Assembly: GCA_025786725.1 (NCBI GenBank)
Contig: JAHLTZ010000003.1
Coordinates: forward strand, 496,001-560,000
Length of the DNA stretch: 64,000 nt
Direction: 5' to 3'
From: Syncephalis fuscata S228
Taxonomy: Eukaryota; Fungi; Zoopagomycota
The notes beneath the pieces are model-generated. The model was not told the DNA's origin, searched no databases, and was given only the letters and a program-made list of their open reading frames with translations. Position numbers and translations under genes: made by a program. Each line of letters opens with the position of its first letter. The first letter of the stretch is position 1. Shown piece by piece: positions 56,453 to 64,000 of the stretch.

Positions 56453-58083
56453 TCGATGGTTTCAAGACATCAGCATTGGTAGTGCAATCAAGCCACTAGT
56501 CCAATACACTTTAGGTATATATTCGGTGAAAAGCAAGACCATTTGACAACTACGCCGTCCAGTCTATCTGTATATCAAGTTTTTGCCAATGCTTCGGTTT
56601 ATCCAATCTTTAACCAATGGAATCATTATGTTACCAACATGTTTGCATCTAGTTGTTTCTATTCAACTGTGCAAGCTTATAGTAATAAATCTATGGTTTC
56701 ATCTTAGCTATATACAATCAACTTACTATATTTTTAATCATGTTTTATTTACATTTAATAATTAACAATTATTAATCAAATAGTTAAATTAATAACAAAC
56801 TGTGTATGATTATATCGTGTAAGCTATAGACATAGATTGTTATGGATGGTAGTAAAGCTATCATTATCATATAGCCAAATAATAGTATGCTGAATTAAAA
56901 TAAATACGCTTTTTAATAAAACACGACAATAAAGCATACAGTATTATAAAACAAAATAAATAGACAAAACAAATACGTGAATAGTAATAACAAAACTATA
57001 CTGTATGCAATTAGCCAATAGTAATGAACGAAATGGATCAAGATCTGCTAAAAGAATACAGTTAGCAATAAACTTTTAGCTTTTATTAATATAATTTCTA
57101 CAATTTACAATATTAATGATATAGACAGACATATAGTATATGTATACAGGGTAGATATGTACAGCACAATAATAATGATAAATAAATAGTTTAATAACCA
57201 ATGACACTCATCACTCAGTTTCATCTTTAATAAAGCGGATACTTCGTTTAAATGTGTGGCTATTATAGTTATTTAACTGCCAAATCACATTAAACAGTCA
57301 ATAGTGTGTTCAATATTGTGGAAAAAGTTATCTTTATTTAGTTGATAAAAATATCATAAGATTCAATACAAATCAAATGGTTTAAATGATTCGCTACAGC
57401 TCCCTTTTAAGCTTTTTTGCCATATTCCATAACTTTTCTAAATTATGACATTGGAGCGACTACTGCGATGTTTAAGAATGAATGTTACAAGTAGATTGTT
57501 CTAGTTTGCCAATGATAAATGTCATGTTGACGGTTTTATTTTGCATATCTCCCCTCTTGCTTGATACACCAACTAATTAACTTGATTTAATCAAAACAGT
57601 AATGCTTTCATGTAATTCGGAATTGTTTAATTACTAAATCTGATACCTGAAATGCTCTAAATAAGCCACTCTAATTTTATTTGTTGGTTAAATTTTATAT
57701 TTTAAAAAATATTTATTAATTGAATCGCTTTTGTTTGCATTAAACTTTATTTATTTTGCTAGTTGTTTCGTTAGTAGTTTGTATTTGTTCAATAAAAACG
57801 TTTATTTCAATATTAACTACTGTTTTAATACAATTAATGCTAATCTTTACATAGCATGTTTTTGTATTGTATTTTTGAGTTGCATTTGTCACAAATATAT
57901 TGTTGAAAGTCTTTTAACAAATAAAACATGATTAGCATTGCTGTTGATATTGCTAAAATTAACTAAACTATGTAAATAAGCAAAATTGGTTTCAATTGAA
58001 AACATGCTGTTATGTAAAAAAAAACATAGTTATAGTGTTCTCATTTGATTAATTTGAAATTCACGAGGCTAATTATTGTTTTT

Positions 58084-58262
58084 GTTGGTCATGTATAGAA
58101 AAATTGATCAAATATCGATAGAAGCTATATGATTGTAATTCCATATCATTTCGCATTTGTTGTTGCTATGTCTACGTACAGTGTGGATTATTGCATCTGA
58201 ATGATTTTTTCTATTTTCTAATATTCTACTATTGTATTTTAAGCATATTTGTGCTGTAAGAT
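58084..58262 (+). repeat. Dispersed ~175-bp repeat, copy 3
   Basis: gttggtcatgtatagaaaaattgatcaaatatc...gtggattattgcatctgaatg...gcatatttgtgctgtaagat. Confidence 0.7.
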
Positions 58263-58589
58263 CAATATTAATATAGCTATTATAAGTATTGTTTATTAAA
58301 CAGCCACTTTCCCTATAGCTAATCTAACTAAATAAGAAGTCAAAGTAAAATAGCTCACTAATGTAAATAATTTATTAGTAGATTCATGTGATTTAGTGTC
58401 AAAAAATCAAAACTAACATTTTTTACTTAATTGAACTACACATTTGCTATTCTACTAAACATGGAACTGGATGGTGAGTGCTATTAAATATCAAATTACA
58501 ATGCTTTCAATACTTTACAGCAGCAATAATATGGATCAACATTTATTAACATATACACTAACATATAGCCTCTACCTATTCATCCACTT

Positions 58590-58955
58590 GATGATAAAAT
58601 TCCACTTATTACTTTTGGAGCTACTTGATTTGCTACTTTTATGAAAGATAAGGTTGCTGGACTATCCAATCGTTGCAAAAAGGTGCTCAAACTGCTGAGT
58701 AACAAGGACTTTTGGTTATTGTAGATATTAACGAGTACAATACATCAAAAGTCTGTTCCAAATGCAAGAAAAAGGAAATGACAGGTTTACATCTGGAAGA
58801 ACGCAAAAGCACAATGCATAGCGTATTTGTTTGGCAAAACAATGATTGTCGTACGGTATAGCAGCGTGATGTTAATGCCAGCAGAAACATGCACAGTATA
58901 TTCAGTACAATGGCCAGTGGTGAACCAAGGCCTTCTGATTTCTTACCACCTATTA
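58590..58955 (+). pseudogene. Fanzor/TnpB-like nuclease C-terminal remnant
   Basis: PLITFGAT*FATFMKDKVAGLSNRCKKVLK/AE*QGLLVIVDINEYNTSKVCSKC...HSVFVWQNNDCRTV*QRDVNASRNM...GEPRPSDF. This shows the RuvC-II Glu, zinc-ribbon cysteines and RuvC-III RDxNA; three stops and one frameshift. Confidence 0.75.
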
Positions 58956-59677
58956 TTATAAAAGTCAAACTGACACTGTTGCATAAACATTATAATTAAA
59001 TTATAACATTTTATTGTAAGTAGTATAAAATACTATTTAACATTTATTAACATTGATATCAAATATTGGAAATAGTGCTGATTAATTAAGACACTGATTA
59101 ATTCAATCGAAGTTGATATAATACTACTTCAACAGATACTACTTCTTAGTAGTAAAAACTAATCGATGATTTATTATTCAAGTTATTGATTTTTGTCCCC
59201 AGTTTAAGGATGGAGAGTCAAAGTACAGTAGCTTCATCAACCTAGTATAAACATGACTATTAAATTTAGTAAAAACTTTATTAATAAATGCGTAAAAATG
59301 TGCTAACTAGTGGGAAAAAGATCATTCACGTTACCTAAAATGGGCATAACAATGTGTCTTATCAGCAAATCAGCCACCAGACCATGTGAGTGAGTAATGG
59401 TTGATCCAAGTGACCATTGTCACAGTTACACAAATTCTTGGCAATTTTGTTCGATTAAAAAATGAACACGTTGCTAATTTCACATTCCTAATGGGATTGA
59501 AAAGAGGCCGAATTTCGCCCTTTTCCTTTTTAACTTTACTACTATTCACCACATTATCAACACACACACACACACGCACATACTTATATTTACACCTGGT
59601 TCAATTTGTCTGTTTATTTGTCATTATCTAGCATTATTAACTAGATTATTGCTCAGTTCACTTTTGTTTGCTAAGGT

Positions 59678-61177
59678 ATGGCTCACGTTTACTATCCCGT
59701 CTCGCCCAGCGCCTCGGATTTGGATGACGCACAGGCTATCAATCCTATAGCTGTTGACGCTGAATTGTTTTTTGACGATAATAGCAGCGACAGTTGCACA
59801 ACAGTCCCGCAGTATAACGGTCGTATTCTTCGTAAACTGCTTTCTAGCGACCTGCCCATGTTTGCGCCCAGCTCTTCTGGCAGCCTTGCCAGCTCTCCGT
59901 CCATTGATGCATTGAAGATTAAGCCTATTAACGTTGCGCTTCCTATGTTTGCAGCGATCAGCCCGGTCAGCGATCTGGCCGACATGAGCGACGAAGGGAG
60001 CACAGGTGGTGCCTGTGAAGATAGTCAGTCGGACGATGCAGCAAGCACCGCCGACTACTCTTCGTATTCTCGCCAAAAGCCTGGCCGTAAGCGCAAAGGA
60101 GAGGAGCGGAAACCGGAAGACCAAGCGCGTATCCGTATGTTGCGCAACCGAGCTGCGGCACAAGCATCGCGTGAACGTAAACGACAACATGCTGCAGAAA
60201 TGGAGGAAACAAACAAACGATTACGCATCGATAACGATGAATTGAAGGAGCGGGCCGAAGCAGCTGAGAAAGCACAAATGCTACTTAGCAATCAAGTAGA
60301 GCTGCTGTCTAAACAAGTAAACGATCTTTTAATGATGTTTACACCGTCCAATTCTTCCATTTCTAATGAGCAAACTTTACCTTATGACAATCTATCTCTT
60401 GTTTCTAATGAATCTAATGACAAACTGACAGCCATTCAACCTAGTGTCGATTTATTATCCGACAACAATTCCTCTTCTCTTCTTTCCGTCTTCAACCATC
60501 TTCTTTCGAATCCCCCCACAAATGATGTAATGGCATCGGTAGACGGTCTTGGCGGATCAGAAGTATCCCCAATGTTAGTGCAGGACACTAGCATCTCCCG
60601 GCAGCGGAGACCGTTCTGCTCGATGATCCACTACAGTCCATTTGTATTCCATCGCTATCCGAATCACTTCACACAGACGAGACGGTGTCCGGCCACGGTC
60701 ACACCGAACAACAGCTATTTGAACTATTATTTGGCGAGAATACCGAGTCTTCTAATGACACCACTGTTTCTTTCTAACGTTGCATCATTGTCATCCGCTC
60801 TAACCACCTCAGCAGTGTCTGTAGCGTCGATGTGGGTGCAATGGGTTAGAACAGTTTGTACATTAGTGCTACGGCTATGTTTGTCATTTGGGTTCTATAG
60901 TGATACGATACGTCGTGTTTGGCCATCAATGTTACCGTTGAACGGCTCCTTTACACGAAATAATCGATGTCATTACAGTTGTTCCAAATATACTTTACCG
61001 TTAAGGTCAGGTAGATTTGGTTGTTTATTCTCCAGTGAAGTGATCTTGCCACTTACAGTACCTCGTTTATCAGCGAATGGTCATTTTGTTGATTTAGCGG
61101 CTGTTTGTGCAAAAGATATGCATTATGCAAACGAACCTGCTCCATTGATGCCGGGTAAACAACGTCTATCTGTTTAA
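59678..61177 (+). CDS. HAC1: bZIP UPR transcription factor HAC1/XBP1 (unspliced ORF 499 aa; predicted spliced form ends at 60777, 352 aa)
   Basis: RMLRNRAAAQASRERKR basic region plus leucine zipper; twin IRE1-type hairpins at 60554-60568 and 60594-60610. Confidence 0.85.
   Translation: MAHVYYPVSPSASDLDDAQAINPIAVDAELFFDDNSSDSCTTVPQYNGRILRKLLSSDLPMFAPSSSGSLASSPSIDALKIKPINVALPMFAAISPVSDLADMSDEGSTGGACEDSQSDDAASTADYSSYSRQKPGRKRKGEERKPEDQARIRMLRNRAAAQASRERKRQHAAEMEETNKRLRIDNDELKERAEAAEKAQMLLSNQVELLSKQVNDLLMMFTPSNSSISNEQTLPYDNLSLVSNESNDKLTAIQPSVDLLSDNNSSSLLSVFNHLLSNPPTNDVMASVDGLGGSEVSPMLVQDTSISRQRRPFCSMIHYSPFVFHRYPNHFTQTRRCPATVTPNNSYLNYYLARIPSLLMTPLFLSNVASLSSALTTSAVSVASMWVQWVRTVCTLVLRLCLSFGFYSDTIRRVWPSMLPLNGSFTRNNRCHYSCSKYTLPLRSGRFGCLFSSEVILPLTVPRLSANGHFVDLAAVCAKDMHYANEPAPLMPGKQRLSV
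60549..60615 (+). promoter_or_regulatory. IRE1-type unconventional intron (41 nt, 60561-60601)
   Basis: GGAT-[CAG|AAGT]-ATCC and TCTCC-[CGG|CAGC]-GGAGA: two 7-nt CNGNNGN loops. Confidence 0.8.
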
Positions 61178-62212
61178 GATATGTTACTGTTGTCACCGTT
61201 GCACTTGGACAGTAGAAAACAATGCTCATCTTAAGACACAAAGCAGTCACTTGGATCGCTAGATGATATCAAAGATAACAGCACTTTAAGTGGTAATTCG
61301 GTTTGCGCTTCGTTTAATCCCGTTTACTTTTTTTGAAGCTTGGCTTTAACTGTGTATGTTATTTCGAAACTTTTCGATCTTTTTATTGAATAGTCGTTGA
61401 TTATCTCTTGATATTTTCTTTGTTTGCACATCGTTTATACCAGTAACATCTGTAACCAATCTTCTACTGATGAGTGATATAAACAATAAATAAGTTATTA
61501 CTTAATTTCTATGGCAATGGAACAGTAAAATACAAATGAATTATGTAAACTAAAGTATATGATCATCAAAGTTGTAACACATCATTGGCTATTTGAGTCG
61601 TATTAAATTATTAGCATCTCACAATTAACTGCATTCATTAAATTGCGCATGCTATAACTTTAACATCATAATTCGTATGCTTCTCGTTGTATGTTCATCC
61701 TACAATATATCTTTTTATGATTTATGAAAAACATATTATTAATAAAAGTAAAACTAATCCCAACTTACAAATTTATCATTATAACAATAAAATATTTATG
61801 TTTATTGCTGTTGCGGTAACTTCATAAACTATATTGTTGGTTACGGTGTCAATTAATTAATCGGCTTAGTAGTGACAAACCTTATATAAATAACAATTTG
61901 TTCTATAATTTTTTGTCAACAACTCATCAAATTCTTAACTAATTCTTAAACCATATTTACTTGTAAATAAAATAATAGTATCTACACTGTACTTCAATAG
62001 ACATACATAACTGTGTAACCATTATACTGTAAATAGAATAAAACAGCTCACAACCATGCATTGCCTTTGTTTTTCACTTACATCTATTGCTGTCTATTCT
62101 TTTTATGTCGTATCAATTTTAGTACAGTCATTTCTGGTCAGCTATGCCTTTAAACGTTCATAGTAAACGTTTGTGGCAAAATTGTGATACTTTACCGTAT
62201 TTGTGTTAGTTT

Positions 62213-63904
62213 ATGGAAGGACAAGAACTGATACTCTTTGCCAGTAGCTGCCGAATTATTTATTGAACAATAGTTGATTGTCCTGTTTATTAGGAACGAC
62301 AATATAGACAAACATTTTGCTTAGGCAATCAACGTGAACAAGAATGGCTTACATGGTATAAGTGGTACATCAGTACTACAACAAAATCAAAAGAATCTAC
62401 ACCTAGGTAAATCAAACAAAACAAGAACATTTATCATCTACTATTGCAATCATTGATAATAGCGACAATGAATTTATACTATTTGCCAATGATTTATCAC
62501 CAAACCTTAATTTAATAGTACTCAATGGTTTTATGCTTATTATCAGCGTCGACAGACTAATCTTGGCTTTATGTCGGGTCAATTTAAAAAAAACAAATGT
62601 GCCGACTGCCAGTTAATGACAACGCTCAGTTAAGGCTAATTGACGTGAATCCGTGGTATGCTTTAGTATGGAACAAACGAAATTCAAAATTTTGATCAAT
62701 TCATTAAAAATGAAAACGAAACTTTTGATATTGTGGATGACTATCCTATTTTTTCTTGAAGCGGTAAAGCTTCAAGTAAGCAGGAAAATCATAATAAGAA
62801 AGCTATTGTAGTTTGGGCTAATGCTGGCTATTCATCTTCTTGTTTTATTTTTCTCAAATGCAAAAAGAAAGGCGAGCAAGAGCCTGTAAAGCCTAGATTA
62901 GTTGCTATTCATAATCATTTTATGCTTTTACGAACTATATTTAGTCAAAAGCCATACTGGAAATACGATTTATTTGATTTGGAGCAGCATCGATGGATAG
63001 AAGGCCTAAAATTACACCAGTATAATTCTTGCTCTAATATCCAGCTTGCTTCTTATAGCCAGTGTCAATTGGTGGCATGAACAATAATACGAAACTTTGT
63101 AAAAGATGTCAATAATTCTACTGCTACTGCTACTCAAGATTCGCAAGATTTTGATAGTGGCAATCAATTAAAGCAAATACAATGGGAGCTATTTGATGTT
63201 AAAAAAATTAATCACAATGCAAAAATATATTATCTAACCAGGTCAGCATTCCATATCACGCAGGCACTATCATCAAATCCGATATGTACACAAGCAAAGT
63301 GTGCCTAGTCACTGTATTTGATGCAGATGATTTGTCAAATTACTGCTACTATGAAGAATTTAGCGCCTCATTGTTTCTATTTGCGTGGAGTGATTTTTCA
63401 TCAAAAGATTCACTAAAATTGCTATTTGACGCTAGTGATTCTGTTCAACCGCTTCCAATCAGTAGATCTGATCAAGGACGTATATTATGGAGCCGAAATA
63501 TACGTAGTGATGTTATTACAAAAATATACAGTGAAAAGCTAACTGTTGTTCAAAACATTGGAATATTTGACGTGCTTGATGCACGAAATGAAAGTTTATT
63601 ATGTTCAATTGCTTTTCCATTTTACAAAAGATTTATACCTTTTATTGGACCTTTATGCTCAATGATTGATGGAGAAAAAGGGCAGAGCTGGTTTGTTGAT
63701 ATGCGTACTGGCTGTACCTACAATCCGCCAGTTTGTCTTACTACCCACCAAACTGGAGGTTATAATAAAACTCAATCTTTAGGCGTTGTCCGAACAACAC
63801 ATTTACCACCACCAGGTCAATATATGAAAGGTAAACTGTCCAGTTATCTGGTATCAAGTCCCTTTATTGGTCGGATTGACGCGAGCAGCAATGGTATTTA
63901 TTAA
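62213..63904 (+). pseudogene. Degraded hypothetical gene (possibly F-box-like N-terminus) ending in a 206-aa ORF
   Basis: Coding-like composition with stops and frameshifts from MEGQELILFASSCRII...; the terminal ORF is 63284-63904. Confidence 0.3.
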
Positions 63905-64000
63905 GCATATATGTTTTAAATAAAGGTTTTAGTTAAAAACTTTTGAAATAAATAGCTTAAATACTAACTACTTGAATGCTTAGTTTTTTGTAATAAATTA

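Overview
AT-rich, intron-rich eukaryotic DNA, most consistent with an early-diverging fungus (Zoopagomycota-like by inference from gene content). Recognisable genes: OGT (3' part), an MTA1/AMT1-type MT-A70 6mA methyltransferase, a rhodanese/SAM-methyltransferase with a retroelement-like N-terminus, pinin, two tandem S1/P1 nucleases, a GPx4-like peroxidase, neutral trehalase, an ISWI remodeller, a membrane-anchored PDI-like protein, an LPMO-like protein, a secreted kinase-like protein, uricase, mitoribosomal mL43, a 2OG-Fe(II) oxygenase, a subtilisin and HAC1/XBP1. The main finding is missed by the ORF track. The ~81-bp 'tandem repeat' at 53.5-56.4 kb reads as a gene with 36 introns and 35 microexons (34 of 3 nt, one of 6 nt). 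Spliced, it gives a stop-free 69-aa secreted prepropeptide with 6 Cys, i.e. about one exon per amino acid. A shorter paralogue lies at 39.55-40.2 kb. Other notable findings: an in-frame TGA at the GPx catalytic site (candidate fungal selenoprotein), a 41-nt IRE1-type intron in HAC1, and a decayed Fanzor/TnpB-like fragment. Many conserved genes carry 1-nt frameshifts, probably assembly indels. All translations were done by hand; no database searches were run.
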